Shown here piece by piece: positions 12,541 to 26,529 of a stretch of DNA of 64,000 bases. Position 1 is the stretch's first letter. The number at the start of each line of letters is the position of its first letter. The notes under the pieces were generated by a model. The model was given only the letters and a program-made list of their open reading frames with translations, was not told where the DNA came from and did no database searches. Both the position numbers and the translations under genes were made by a program. Origin of the DNA: Camelus dromedarius (Eukaryota); contig NC_087437.1 in the NCBI RefSeq assembly GCF_036321535.1, forward strand, positions 112,036,001 through 112,100,000, read 5' to 3'.

Positions 12541-13334
12541 GCAGAGGACTAGAAATAATAAAACAAAGGAAAACAATAAAGAAAATAAAACATAAGTGAA
12601 AAATAAAAGGATGGTTTGAGAAGAAGTATTTAAACTTAAATTCACTTACATTTGGTTAGTCATTGGTTTGATGTTTGATTCCCCCACTGGCATTCTATTT
12701 TGTTTACCACCATGATCCAATTACCTAGCACCTAGGTCAGTTAATGTGTTGAGTGAATGATAACACATGTTAATTACATTCACCTAAATTCTATTATTAT
12801 TTGTTTCCTCTCCAAACAGAACTTCCCATTTTTTATTTCTCTTTTAGTTGTCTTAGTGAATTCATGTATGCCCCTCATAAGCCCCTCCAATTCCCTTTTT
12901 TAGAGACAGGTATAAGATGAGCAAAGCCAATAAAAAGATGTTTTATTTCTCAAACTGTTAGCAGGATTTTCCTAAGAGGAGGCGTTTGGGATCTAGTGGT
13001 GGGAGAAAGGGAACTTGTACTTTTTACTTTGTACACTTTCTCATTGGTTGGGGTTTTTTTTCTTTCAAATATGTAGGACAATTCCAGATTATCTTTACAA
13101 TTTAAAATAAAGTATAACTAGAAAGTATGGGTGAACTATTCACAGCTATAAAATTATATAGTGTTTATTGACATAGAGAATTTTTAATCTCAAATGACAT
13201 TGTTCAGTTTGATACTCTTTTAGGATTTTTTTCCCTATAGAATTTCTTTATGGGCTTTAAAACAAAAGATTTGTTTATTTAAAGACCATATGGGGCATCA
13301 AAGTTATTCCATTTCTCTCTCCCTCTCTCTCTCC

Positions 13335-13447
13335 TTCCTTCCTTCCTTTCTACAAATATTTATAAGCACATGACTGCAATCCAGGTGCTGAATTAGGTGC
13401 TGGAGATACAAAGATGAGATCGGTATCTTGCCCTCAAAGTGTTTATA
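13335..13447 (-). mobile_element. L2 3' fragment
   Basis: caaatatttataagcac...ccaggtgctg...tgctggagataca...tgccctcaaag. Confidence 0.6.
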
Positions 13448-16400
13448 CTTATTCATCTTCTGAAATTATAAATCCACCTGAAAATCTGTATTTTTATACA
13501 TATAACCTGTTTTCCAGTCAGGAACCATTTCTACTACAAAATGATTGCAGTATGTAAATGAGTTTCATCTAGGACTGAATTCAGATGATTATGTTTTACT
13601 TTGGATTCTGTGAAATGCTATTACCTATATTATTTCCTATGATTCTCATAATAGTCCATCATAATCTCCATTTTATTCCATTTTTTAAAGGTGAAAAGTT
13701 TTAGTTCTCTTGTAGCCAGCCCACCGTAAACCTACATTACAAGCTTTTAAAACAGCATACAAAACAGATCAATGACTATGAGAATCACAGTCCCATTCTT
13801 CAATAGTGAATATACATGATAATATATCTGTTATTAACAGAGGGACCAACTTTTTGACAATTGTCAACAAATAATATGAAGGCTCAGAGTTAAGAAAAGA
13901 ACAGCCCGAGTTAGGACTCTGGGTTTCTGACTCTCCAGACACATTATTCCCTCTTCCCCAGTGTGTTGTTCCATATTTCTCCAAATGCATATCTTTTCAT
14001 TTCTGACTGGGAAGCCATGCTCCAAGCTCTGGAATTTAATCTCTTTTTGATGACATGTAAACTTAACCGTGGACGTTGTGACCTGATTGGTTACGATGGC
14101 TGAACTGGGTGCGTATCACCCAAGAAACTCAACAAAAATACCAACACTATGACTGCCATCTGAAGTTCACAGAAATGGCCCAAGACCAAGAGATTTTACT
14201 AGAAATGCAATTTCAGGCAGAAGCAGAAACTGAAGTCCTTTCTCCTGGCAAAATGTGAAACAATCGGCCTTGATCAAAACACAAGACTCCTAATGGCATC
14301 TGAGTGGATTAGTAAACAAGGTGTTGAAGGCTCCACTGTATCATCATCATTCCGGTGGACTGGTTAATCCCCTCTACTTTACAGACTGGGACACAGAGCC
14401 CCCCAGAGGTATGGTCCTTTCTCATGTTACACAGCAAGTCATTTGGAAAACGGAGATAGCAGCTGCATTCTTACATGGCTCAAGGGCCAGCATCAGGTGA
14501 AAAAAGTCCTTTACCTGTGTGAGGGAGGCCCATTTACTTAAAGGACAGTGAGGAGGTGCCTTAATTTTATACATATATATTAAAATAATTACAGCAATCT
14601 CCCCCTTTTTCTCTCAATATATATTTGAACTATACAGAAGTTTTATATTATATAATATTTATCCATATACCTATTGATTATTTATGTTTAATTACAGAGT
14701 ATGACAAATGTAGCCACAGACACAGATATACAAAACCTAAAGTGAATCCACAGCTATTTGAAACATTAACCTTGTTCTCTAAAGGAGAAGTGGGACAATT
14801 CATGAAGTTTATTTAATTATTTTACCTGGCTTTTCTAGCAAATCTATCCAGGTAGTAACCTCACAACCCCAAACTCCTCCCCTGCGAGGTTTTATCTCAC
14901 TTGGCAGAGATCTTATAAAAGGCAGATATGAACAATGTGACACGATTGGCTGGGGAACACCTCCGCCACCTGGACCAGCAGATCTCCAGAGGGGCTGATG
15001 CTTTGCAGTCAAGCTCCCATCTGGAGGAGCCCCAGTGGGCAGGGCAGCAGCAGCCAGGTCTTTCTTTCCCCCACTGTGGCTCTGGATCCTCAAGGACCAG
15101 AGGCTCCACTGAGGTTGCATAACTGGCAAAGCCATCTCGTTGGGACTAAATGTTTTGTTCTCCCAGCCCTAGACGTCTGCCTCTTGACAAGGCTGGTTTC
15201 TATGAGCTTATATTTCTCAGGGTCTGATATTGATTTTCCATTCTAGAACCGTGTGTGATTGGTTGCCTCAGCTGGTCCCCAAATACTTTTTTTTTTTTTT
15301 TTTTTTTTTTTTGTAGCCCTGGTTAATCTCCCTGATTCTGTTCTGTCAGTGGAATCTACAAAGTCACCTCCCTTTGGTTCGGTAAATTCCAAGGACCAAT
15401 TGGTATCTAATCTGTCTCGAGGAACACTAGCCCCAGGGAGAACATTCACCCAGCTGTAAAAAGCCTCACTCTGGAGACATTCACTGTCAGGTGGTAGGGA
15501 GACAGCAAGGGACAGAAAGGAGGGAAGTCTTACCTCATGCTCACATCGGAACAGATTTTTAAAATTGCAAGTAGCATCCATTCAGTTTCTCTAATCAGCT
15601 TCAAAGGCCTTGCAAGGCTCCCTCTACCATTGTGGGGCTGGTAATTCTGTGTCACAACTAATTACCGCTTAATAGTCGTCGTGGGTGCAAAGTCTCCAGT
15701 TTAAAAGCAAAGTCGATTTCTTCCTGCATTCAGACCTCAGCTGCCCCTGAATGGTGGAGATTACAGGAGGTAATACGGGCCGTTATTTCTACCTGCTGTA
15801 GTCCATCAGCTCCATCTCCAGCTGAGCTAGCCGCCCCCTCCCCCTTGGACAAAGATTACTTGTCATTAAAATGCTCAGGCTCACTCTGGCTCTCTTTTTA
15901 CAATCTGGATGTTGCCTACACTTTGAGAAAGGTTTTTTGAAGAAAGATTAGCAGGATTAGGAAAGGTTCACATATGTTCAGCCTCACTCTTGGTATTCAA
16001 GACATCACAACCCTGCACCACCCAGGAAGTGCAAGGAAACAGCAGAGGTGGGGGAGGGGAGTGGGGGGAGTGGGAAGGAGGTGGTGCAGTTCTTGCCCAA
16101 CAATACAAAGCTGGAGGCCGATGCAAATCTGCAAATGTTGAATATTGGGGCATTCCCAGGTGGGTCACTAGAATTTTTGTTTTTAGTGCTGTTTTCCCTT
16201 CACTTCCTGTGTGATTTTTTTTCTCTCCTTGAGAACTTTGCCAGAGGTGGTATCAGAGGCAGAACTCAACATTTTGGCCTTTAGGTGGGTTCTAACAGCC
16301 ATGCCCACCCAACTGCTGTCCCTTATCATCCCTGGCCCACTTTTCTCATGCTGTGTGCTTTCCTGAAAGCACTAAATGAAGCAGGAGTCATGGCCTCTGT

Positions 16401-16494
16401 GAGAAAACCCATCCCTGAGTTCAAATATTTCATTGAGTTAAACTTCTAATTAATTTGAACTGATCACTCATCTACTGTCTTGAGATGTCACAGT

Positions 16495-18100
16495 GGGTAC
16501 CAAGAGGAGGCAAAGAAGGAATGAAAAATAATTGGGTAGTTTTAGAATCTTCTCAAATCTCCCCACTAAACAGAGCAACTAGACTAGCAGAGCTAAAGCA
16601 CCATGGACAGTGTCTACAACAATGATGACGGAATCCCCCTAAGGGCCAATACTAACAGGTCTGGACAAAGAATCTAAAAGTCAAGAACTGTGTGGTAGCA
16701 GCATCAGTGCTGGGAAAGAGAAGGAAAGAAAATTGTGGCTCAGAAGATGCTGAGAATGGGGGAATCACAAAATCACCAGTAGGTATTAACTAGAGGGCAC
16801 AGCAAGCCAAGCTGAATACAGCTGCTGAAACCAGGAGAGGGTTCTGACAACCTGCTGTGGTTAAGTGCAGTGGGGCCATGATCCAATAAGCCTGGTGGTG
16901 TGGGGGTGATTTGGGACCCCTACACTCTCAAAGTGAACACACTCCCTTCTCATATGAAGCCTTGCATTGAGGAACACCTGAGCAGAAGTTAGAGGCAAGG
17001 GAAAAAGATGCAGATAAATAGGGGTGCAGAGCAGAGGAGGCAGCTCTCAAAAAGTTTGAAGCTTTTTGTTTTACATCTTTATGAAAACAACAGAAGAGAC
17101 AGCTCTAGAGCCTTTAAAATAGAAAGGTTGTCTTGGCACTCCCTTGGCTCCTAAAAGTAGAGGAAATTTTTCATTTAGAAAATGAACAACAGAAAAGCCC
17201 TGGGATGGAAACCCATAAAAATTAACTTAAGAGAAAGAAAAAGAAAAGAAGTAGAATGAAAGTCTTACAGACAATGAACACCTTCTAGGATGAAATGTTC
17301 ACAGAATGTTTCAAATATTCCAGAATAAGTTAAAGGAAATTAAGGAAATGATAGAAGCTATGAAAGAACAACATACCTCAGAGTTAAAAAAAAAAAAAAC
17401 CCTCAGATTTAAGGGGATTGGAGAAAAGGAAGTTTGGAAAAAGAGGTGGCAGAATTTAGAAAATAACTAGGAATAAAAGAAAAAATGACAGAAGAGATGT
17501 GGACATACAAGTGGACAGAAATACAAGGGATGGAAGAAGACATTAAATGACACCATAGGGCTGCAATCAACAAAATCCAGACTGTGGGAAATGTTATAGG
17601 ATAAGTGATCCAATTTCTTCAACAAAAATAATAAAAATTTTAGAAAAAGAAATAAGGAAAAAGAAGGAGGAGGAAACCCACATAGATAAAAGAGATTTAT
17701 AAGTCATTTCAGAAACTGCAAAGTAGGGGCTTTTTTGGATGCTGATTCAAACCATGTATTTAAAAGCTGTAAGACAACTAGGAAAATATGAACATGACAG
17801 TAATTTAAAGATATTAAGGAAGAAATGTTATTTTAAAGTACAATATACTATTGGGGTAATTTTTTTTTAAATAACAGTTATCTAATAGAGGCACATACTG
17901 AAATATTTGCAAATAAAGGTACTTAATGTCACTACAAAATTATCTAGGAAGAGGGCGATGGGTGGAGGTATGGATGAAGCAAGATGATACTGTACTGATA
18001 TATAAAAGCTGGTTGTTGAGTACTTGATAGTTCTTTATATTATACTCTCTACTTTTGTATGAATATTACTGTAAGACAAAACTTAATAAACAAACAATAA
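16495..18100 (+). mobile_element. Ancient LINE-1-related sequence (HAL1-like 5' part, then L1M 3' pieces)
   Basis: A-rich; aaacagagcaactagactagca...tctacaacaa resembles recalled HAL1 5' consensus; gcaatcaacaaaatccagactgtgggaaa is an L1M 3' motif. Confidence 0.5.
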
Positions 18101-18984
18101 AGGAAGACTTAGAGCTGGGCACCCACCAGGCAGGAACACCCCATGATTCTATCCTGAGGGGGCTATGACACCGCTAGAGGGTTTCAATAAATTTAGACAC
18201 ACTTTATAACCTGTCCCCTCAGACTTTCTTCCCTTTTGAGTTTTGCAGTATTGTTGTCCTGAAATTGACCTGGAGGTGTTACTCCTTCACTTGCTAGAAT
18301 GTTAGGTCAATGAGGGCAAGAATTGTGTAAATTTCATTACTGTTTTATCCCTAGAAGTTGGAATGGTACCTGGCATTTAGTAGGCCTTCAGTAAATATTT
18401 ATGGGTTAATTGAATGAACCACCATATGTAATTCTAGGAAATAATTCCAGGTTCTAATTATCAATTGTGTGTCTTCTCTTGGACAGAGGATGAGGATTCT
18501 TCACATCAAAATGTCTTAAGCTTGGGCTTGCTTCTGAATTGGCCTCCAAAGTGTGAGATAATCTGTGTCTGACCTTGCAGCAATGGAGGCCTTTGGGCAG
18601 CTGCTGAGCCGTTGGTACCATAGAGAGCAAAAGGACTGAGGACCACGGATAGCGCCTGCTTTCACTTTGCAAGGTATCCAATATCCAGTATTCAGCCAAT
18701 GGACATTACTTAAAATATAGCATTATATATGTTGGTAATTGATGAGAATAAATAAATGTAAATCTTTTATTTATTTACATTTTTATTTGATTTGTTTATT
18801 TCATCAACGAGGATACTTAAAAGCTAAACATAATGCTTTCATCTGAGTTGCCATAAAAGCATGAAAATTTTCAAAATATACAGACCCAAGTTGAAATCTT
18901 GGCCCTAAAAGTTAGCTATTCACATTGAGGAATATGTTTACTAATCATTAACAATAAAATAGGGTTAATAATATCTCTACACAA

Positions 18985-19340
18985 ACCAGTATCCCTCCTG
19001 AAAATAGATACAAAATAATCTTACCAAACTTTGACAAATTGAAATCAATAATATATAGAAAAGATAATACATCATGACCAAGTGGAGGTTATTCCAGGAA
19101 TGCAAGATTGGTTTGAATTTTGATTGAAATCAATGTAATTCATTGTATTAACAGATTAAAAAGGGAAAATCATATAATCATCTTAATAGATGCAGAAAAG
19201 ATATCTGAAAAATACAACATACATTCCTGATAGAAACTCGGAGCAAACTAAGAAAAGAAGGGAAGTTCCTCAACCTGATAAATGGAGTATCTGAAAAAAT
19301 AACAGCTAACTCTATATTCAGTGATGGAAGAATGAATACC
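18985..19340 (+). mobile_element. Degenerate L1 ORF2 reverse-transcriptase fragment
   Basis: accagtatccctc...aatagatacaaaa...atacatcatgaccaagtgg..ttattccaggaatgcaagattgg encodes remnants of PISL..IDAK..IHHDQV.FIPGMQ.W. Confidence 0.85.
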
Positions 19341-19484
19341 ACTAGGAAAAAGCCTTAAGCTCTAACCTTAATGTAACATTCTTATTATGCAATCCTTCTA
19401 AGAACACACATCAAACTTCTCTTTTGGGATATTTTTGTTGTATTTTTTAACTAAAAAATATAATACAGCAAACATTTTAGATCA

Positions 19485-19900
19485 TGTAGCAGACCACATG
19501 ATTGCCTATCTGGAGCTCAGTTCCCCTTTTTTCTTCCTAACAAAGACCTAATTTTGTTTATGACATTTTGACCATATTAAAATATCAATGTCCATCTTCC
19601 CAGACTCTCTTGCAGTTAAGAGTGGCCATGCGACCATTCTGGCCAAACCAATATTGGCAGAAATCCTAGGAATGGCAAATATTCTCATATAAAAACACAA
19701 AACTTTGAAGGAAAAAAGACTTGTAGCCCTTTCTTCTCTTCCTGTCTGGAATGTGGGGACCATGTATGGAGATGTAGCAGCCATTTTGCAATTAACAGAA
19801 TGAAACCGAAGGCAGGAAGAGCAAACCCATTTGAATCCCAGTGGGCATTGCTGGTCAAGCAGCCACTCCAGATGTGCTATCTATGTCTGTCCTTAAAGCC
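19485..19900 (+). mobile_element. Old MaLR LTR (MLT1J/K-like)
   Basis: ttcccagactctcttgcagttaagagtggccatgcgacc...ctggccaa...gcagccattttgc. Confidence 0.6.
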
Positions 19901-21276
19901 ACGGCCCCTCCCCCATCCCCAACATGTTCCCTAAAAGTGGCTGTGGATCGTGGCCACCCAGAGGTGTGTGTGAGCATTGTAAGGTCTTAAAGTATATGCT
20001 AACAGAATAGTCATATCTCAGGAATGATCATGAGGAAAACCCTGGAACAAGGTGCATAATTGCTTTTGATTTGAATCATTAAAAAGAAAATTCAATGGCT
20101 TTTGAACTTAAGAAGACCAGGAGGGCAGGTGTGGGAGAAGGAACCATTAAGCGGTGAAAGGCTTTTGTTGTTGGTTGGAACGGAAGGTCACAGGGTCGGG
20201 CAGTTGGGGGCAGTTGGGAGGTAGCACCAAGAAATACAGGACAGGTCCCGGTTCTGCCAGTAGTTTGCTGTGTGGCCTCAGGCCAGACCCTGTACCTCTC
20301 TGAACATCAGCTTCTGATTTGTAAGGTGGGCAACTGGGGCCCAGCCAATTTCTAATGTCCTTCTAGCCCTGATGTGCTGAGGCAATGAAGACAGATCTCA
20401 TGACCCACACACAGTGACGACACCAACCACCTGACCAACCAACGAATCCAGCAGCACACATGGGAGGTGTGTAGGATAGAGAATGGCCTGGCCTGGGGGT
20501 GGGAAGTGGAGTCCTGCTAACTGGGCCAGAAAGAGGAAATTGAGCAGGGATGTGAGTCATCCTGGATGAGCAGCTGTGGGGAGCCCCCGGGCCAACAGCA
20601 CAGAGGAAATGGATCAGCTGGTTCCAGGATACCAATTTTAACCTAGAGGTCCAAGTGGGTGAACTCATGGCCCAGACCAGAAAGGTCCCAACTCTTCAAG
20701 GATCTAGAGGCCCAAAGGGACACAAAGCAGAGCCCTCCAACTTGAGTGCTCAGCCGAGTCAATAGGGGAGTTTGTTGAAAGGACAGGTTCCGAGGAGCCA
20801 CTCCCAGAGGCCCTCACTTGGTGGGTCTGGAGTGGGTCCCAGGAGCCTCCACTCTTTGGCAGGCCCCTTAGCAATCCTGATACAGGTGACTGGTCCACAC
20901 ACCAGGCTAAGAAGTGTGATTCTGCAGGGTGGAGCCTAGATGAGAAGCCTGTTGGATAAGGATGAGGACTCCCAGGACCATGATTTTGCACTCACACCTG
21001 GGATGAATGTCCTGAGTCACCTGAGGTTAAACCTCTGATCATCTCGGGCTGCGGTGGCCAGTAGTGGGAATTCTATTACAGTACCCCCATGAAGGACAGC
21101 TGGGCCTCAGGGGACAGGCTAAGGGGAGAGGAAGTAAGGAATGGTGGTTCCCTGGCACACAGTCTCGGAGGAAAAAGCCTCCCCTGGTTTTGCTCCCAAG
21201 TGTAGACAAGAAATATTCGAACATAAGACAGAATGATGGGGAAGCCAGCCAGGATTGCCCCCAGGGTGAGGGGTAG

Positions 21277-21730
21277 TGTGGAAGCCTGTCTCTCAAGATG
21301 GCTCCAAATGAACCACACCTCCCAGGACCCATGCCCTGTGTAGTCCCCTCTCAACCTGGCCTGGCTGGCCACTTTGACCAGCAGAATGCAGTGGAAGTGA
21401 CAGTGTCACCTGTGAGGCGGAGCCTTGAGGAGTCTGAAGCTCCTGCTTCCACTTCTTGAAATGTTTCTTCTTGAATCCGGCCACCATGTTGTGAGGAAGC
21501 CCAGGCAGCCATGTGGAGATGCCCTGGGAGAGAGGAACTGGAGCCTGGGGCCAAACGGCCCCAGCTGAGCATCCTTGTGGATCTTCTAGCTATCCCAGCA
21601 GCTCAGCCAGCACCAAGTTAACCAGGAGAACTGCCTCGTAAGCCCACAGAATCGTGAGCAATAATACACTGTTATAATTTTAAGCCACCAAGTCTTTGGG
21701 TCATTTGTCACACAGCAACGGGTAAAAGAA
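21277..21730 (+). mobile_element. MaLR LTR (MLT1F/G-like)
   Basis: aagatggctccaaatga...ccaccatgttgtgaggaagcccag...ttttaagccaccaag...ttgtcacacagcaa. Confidence 0.75.
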
Positions 21731-23519
21731 ATAAGGAGATTCCCCCCAGAACTGACATGATCACATCTAAATTCTGGACTTGAGCGAAATCTGGATGGTC
21801 ATCTATTGTGTCCTAATGCCTAGACCTGTTTGCAAAACCACACTATTTTCAGAAAGAGTGATTCATGCTCAAGCACACAGCTAGGATATTGCTTACTAGA
21901 AAAAAAAATCTGCAGTTTTTTCCTACCAACTTGCCAAATAGTAACACAAAATTCAAAGATAATGAGAATTCATTAATAATTTTAATTTGTGTTCATGTTC
22001 ACACATACTTACCATTAACCATAAAATAAATGCAATTGTTTAATAGTAAATTTCTCCAATTTTAGCAGTAGTAAATTATGGCCAGCACTGTGTATCAGAC
22101 AAGCTAGTTATTTCAGAGGAGTTAGGAGGCTGCTAGGAAGGCATATGTTTGTAGTGCTCAAGAGAAAGACATAATTACTATCTTCAGGTTGCCTGGTTCC
22201 CTATCCTTATAATGAGTAAGATATTTAGAGTCCCGAACTGTTTATGTGACATTTCAATAAGTAATGCAGAGATTTGACAACATTTCCATATTCCTCTTTT
22301 AAAGTCTGAATGCCTCGGCCTTAATCCAAGCTCCTTGGCATTTATTACTGTTTGTTACACTAACAAGTAAGATTATGAGAATTCTAATGAAGGCTTCCAG
22401 TGAAAAACTCTGTGATTAAAATGCCATAATAACAGTTGCATGCATTTATGTGCCTGATTACCATAATCTATTTAGCCCAAGTAAACATACAAACAGAAGG
22501 AGAAAAGCAAGCCCACGAACACTTCAGCTAAAGGAGAATTTGAAATGCGCGAGAGAGACAATGTAAATACGTAAATGTCTTTGTGTATTCTTTTCATCTC
22601 TCTCCTGTCTCATCTTGCCTTTTTTTTTTTTTTTTCTGTTTGCTAATGAGAAGACTATACCATCACATGTGGTCCCGGCTCTACCAGGCTGAGATGCACT
22701 GGGGGGCCATCTGCTGGGGCCAGCATTCTAAACAATGCCACCCAGAAAGCACTGGATATATTTGCAGACACCTTTGACATCATGGAATAGAAGAAATGGT
22801 ATCTCAAAGACTGCGGTCTTTGATGTGTTCAATCTGAACACTTAGTTCAGCTGTTACTCCATGAATGCAAGGCCTGGGGAAGCAGAGCCACGCTGGACCC
22901 CGGCCTCTGACTCCCCGCCCCCTCCCTTCCCCCACAAGCACACGTTGTCAACAAATTACCAGCAATCATGCCAGATTTCTCAATTAGCCTCCCCCTGGAT
23001 CTCTGCTGGCTTCCTTATTTTTAATTCTTAGTAAAATGTCAGGCAGGAGAGTGCTTGGCATCTTCCTCTGGGTAAGGGATTTTGCAAAACTTGATTAAAA
23101 AGTGGAACTGAATGCTTCAACAGTGGGATAATGGTGACAACCTCATTGGGGAACTAACTTACAGAAATTTGCTAGAATCACAAACATGCCATGCTAAGGA
23201 GATGACATAGGTGGGGTCTTTCCTCAAAGAAGGAAATAATTTCTCAAACAGAAACATGTGGGTAGTTGATCCAGCCTTGACAGAAAGTGGTGGACTTGGA
23301 AACGTACACGGAAAAACACAGGAGAGTTAGTTGGTACAGAGCTTTGATAAGAGCATCTGACAAATACGAAACCTACGGGTTTAGGTGAACAACCGAGGCT
23401 CAAAAAGAATCATGTTGGCTCTTGATTATAAAGATATTTTTGTTATGATTTCCCAACAACAATTTCAAGGCATATAAAAAAATCCTGGAATCCTCATCTA
23501 CAGAGAGCACTTACAGCTA

Positions 23520-23790
23520 AGCACTTACATTTATTGACCTGTTACTACGTTCAGGCCCTTTTCTCAATGCTTTCCACAGATTATTAAATTTGACCCTCAC
23601 AATAAACTCATGAGGAAGTTCTACATAGATGCTGTCTATCTGCTACAGGTATCTTTGGTGGGGCAGGAAATTGTTACAGATATCTTACAGAAAGATTAAG
23701 TAGCTTGCCCAGGAAGGCTCTAGTTTAATAAGTGAGGGAATTAGAATTGTAACCCAGGCAACGTGAATCCAAAGCCTGCACTTTTAAACA
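23520..23790 (-). mobile_element. MIR SINE
   Basis: cttacatttattga...cctcacaataaactcatgagg...attaagtagcttgcccagg...aacccaggc. Confidence 0.6.
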
Positions 23791-24809
23791 GAAAACTAAC
23801 TTAAAATTTTGTATCCTCTATAACTTAAGAACCATAAGTCTTAATGGAAAGCTGTAACAATGTAGTGTACAGTCTGATGCGTAGTAATCCTGTAATAATC
23901 CTGCTAGTTAAAACCATTCGCAGAATCATCCTCCTCCTCACAGTAATAACATCATTGCTCTTAAAAGAGATGGTTATTTCCATACATACACGTATCTGAC
24001 ATGCATTGATATGCATTTTTCAAATTAAAAGATTTTCAAAGACAGGAGGCCAGCAGGGTACAAAGAGGTAAGAACATTTATTACTAAAAGCGAAATAGCC
24101 CCTGTTTGCCCACCCAGCTCCACACTTACCTGCACATATGGTGGGTCCGGGAAACCCACATGCTAAGCACCATAAATACCAAATAATCACAGGGGTAGGT
24201 TAAAGAGACAGCCTTCCCCCTAATTTGACCAATTTAGCATTTGGGGAGTAGTCTGTCTGTGCCTATCTTGGGAATTTTTTAAACAATAGATTGAAAGAGA
24301 AATTAGAGGAGGCAGACAATATTTTGGAATCAACGTAATAAACATGAACAGCTGCGATGCAGACCATCCACACGATAAATGAGGGGCTCTTCCTCGCAGA
24401 TGGAAATCAATGTGGCCCTCCCTGGGGCCTGTCCTCCATCGGCGGCTCGGTTCCTGGGCAACCTTATCTACTTGCAGGATGATTTCCACTTGCCCTGATG
24501 TGCTGTCATGCTCCCCTCCAGCCCTCTTGCTCAATTCCCTGGATAACATCCCCCACTGGCCCCTGGACATCCCCTTTGGATGTCCCTCCCCCTCTCCAAC
24601 TCAACGTGTCCAAAATACTGACTCCTCCTCATGGAATCTCCATCTTGGTTTGACAAGTTTTTTGACATCCCATCCATCAAGCCACCCAAGCTTAGAAAAC
24701 TAACTACATCCTAGACTCCGCCCCTCTACTGTCCACAAGGCTTGAGGATCTTACCTCCTGAGATTATCCTCACCTGTCACCTCTTCTCCGTATCCCTGCC
24801 ATTGCCCAC

Positions 24810-25180
24810 ACTATTAGTTTGCTAGGGTTGCCATGACAAAATACCATAGACCAGGTGGCTTAAACAATAGAAAGTCATTGTCTCACAGGTCTGGGGGCTG
24901 GAAGTTCAAGATCAAGACGTAGGCAAGATTGGTGTCTTCTGAGTCTCTCTCCTTGGCTAGTAGATGGCTGCCTTCTCCATATGTCTCCACTTGGTCTTCC
25001 CTGCCCTCTGTGTCTGTGTCCTAATCTCTTCTTCTCATAAGGACACCCTAACGAGTTCATTTTAACTTGATTACCTCTTTAAACACCCTGTCCAAATGCA
25101 GTTACATTCTGAGGTACTGGGGTTCAGGTTCAACACAGGCATGGGATAGGGGGGCATGGGGACACAGTTCAGCTCCCAAC
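24810..25180 (-). mobile_element. MaLR LTR (MLT1A-like)
   Basis: tattagtttgctagggttgccatgacaaaataccatagac...ggcttaaacaatagaaa...ggctggaagttcaagatcaag...gggacacagttcag. Confidence 0.85.
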
Positions 25181-25619
25181 AGGGTCCTTGTCACCATAAA
25201 ACTCTGCATTATTCAAGTTTTCTACAGCCATATAAGACCTTTATTTTCCAAATTTTCTAACAAGGATCCTACATTACTTCTATTATCAAAACAAAACAAT
25301 AATCAATGAGTTAGTCTGAATAAACTAGGGCTCTCCTTTCAACCCAGGGATGTGTCCTTGGACACTCTCTGTGTTCTGCTTGAAGCCTCTTCTCTCCTGT
25401 CACATTTCCCTTTTCCTTTTTTTGTCACCTCTGTTCCCAGGACCTCAGTAACTATGCTGAGGTGATAAAGATGACCTCCCTGGTCTTTTCTAGAAATGTT
25501 TTCCCAGTGCTTTGGGTCACTCACAGCTGGTTGTGAAAGGTACAGTTTTTGAAGTAATTGAAGCATCTATGGCAATAGAAAATGTTCAATTCCTAGCATC
25601 TAAAATAGTGATTCTGAGA

Positions 25620-26045
25620 TGTGAAAGCAAATGCTGGTTCCCCCAATATCCATCCTCCTCCATTTCCTCCAGTATGAGAGCTCCTAATGGATTCCAGTTG
25701 GTGACACTTAGTCCCTTGTGTAAAGACTACATTTCCCAGCCTCACTTGCCTGTAAGTGTAGCCATGTGACTGAGAGAGGCCAGTGGGATGTGAGCAGAAG
25801 TGCTGCCTGAAGCCTCTGGGTCCTACCTCCACTTTCCCCTCCCCTTCATCTTGACCAGGATGCAGGGATGATGGAACCAGGGCAGCCATCAGCACAGAGT
25901 GAGGATACAGCATGAGGGAGGACGACAGCAATGCCACAGGAATCCTGTGGATCATCTGTCTTGGCAGAGGGATATTTATGAGAGAGAACTGCGCGTCTCC
26001 TGTGTCGACGCTGCTGTTCTGTTGAGACCAGGGTTAATCACATAC
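25620..26045 (+). mobile_element. Old MaLR LTR (MLT1I/J-like)
   Basis: aaagactacatttcccagcctcacttgc...gtagccatgtgactgag...gatgtgagcagaagtg. Confidence 0.65.
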
Positions 26046-26529
26046 ACCCCACTCTAACCACTTTACATGGCTGTTGAGAGAATTAAGAGAAATTACACTA
26101 ATAATCATGAGAGTAATTACTTTTGTTAATATGTTTGAGAGCAAAGATGCTGTGTGTTTTGTTCACTGCTGGACCCCTGGTGCCTCGGATAGTTCCTAGC
26201 AAAGGAAAGAAGCCCAATAAATATCTGTTGAATGATATGCTCATAACATAAATGTTCCTCAGCAGAGATGACACACAGGCACACTCGGACCATCCTACTC
26301 AACTATTAGGAAAAATCACTAGTAAATCTTTGGAAGGACTGAAAATGGTACCAGATGTTGAAATCTATTATAATTTGTAACTTGGTGTTTTGAAGGGGGA
26401 AATGATATTTTATTATTCTATCCTGTAGAGTCACAGCAGTCAGCTTGTTACCTATTCTGACATCCAAATTACAAATCACATTTTCCCTGCATCCAGGAAA
26501 ATAGAAGTTGAGCATTTAAATTAGCTGTC

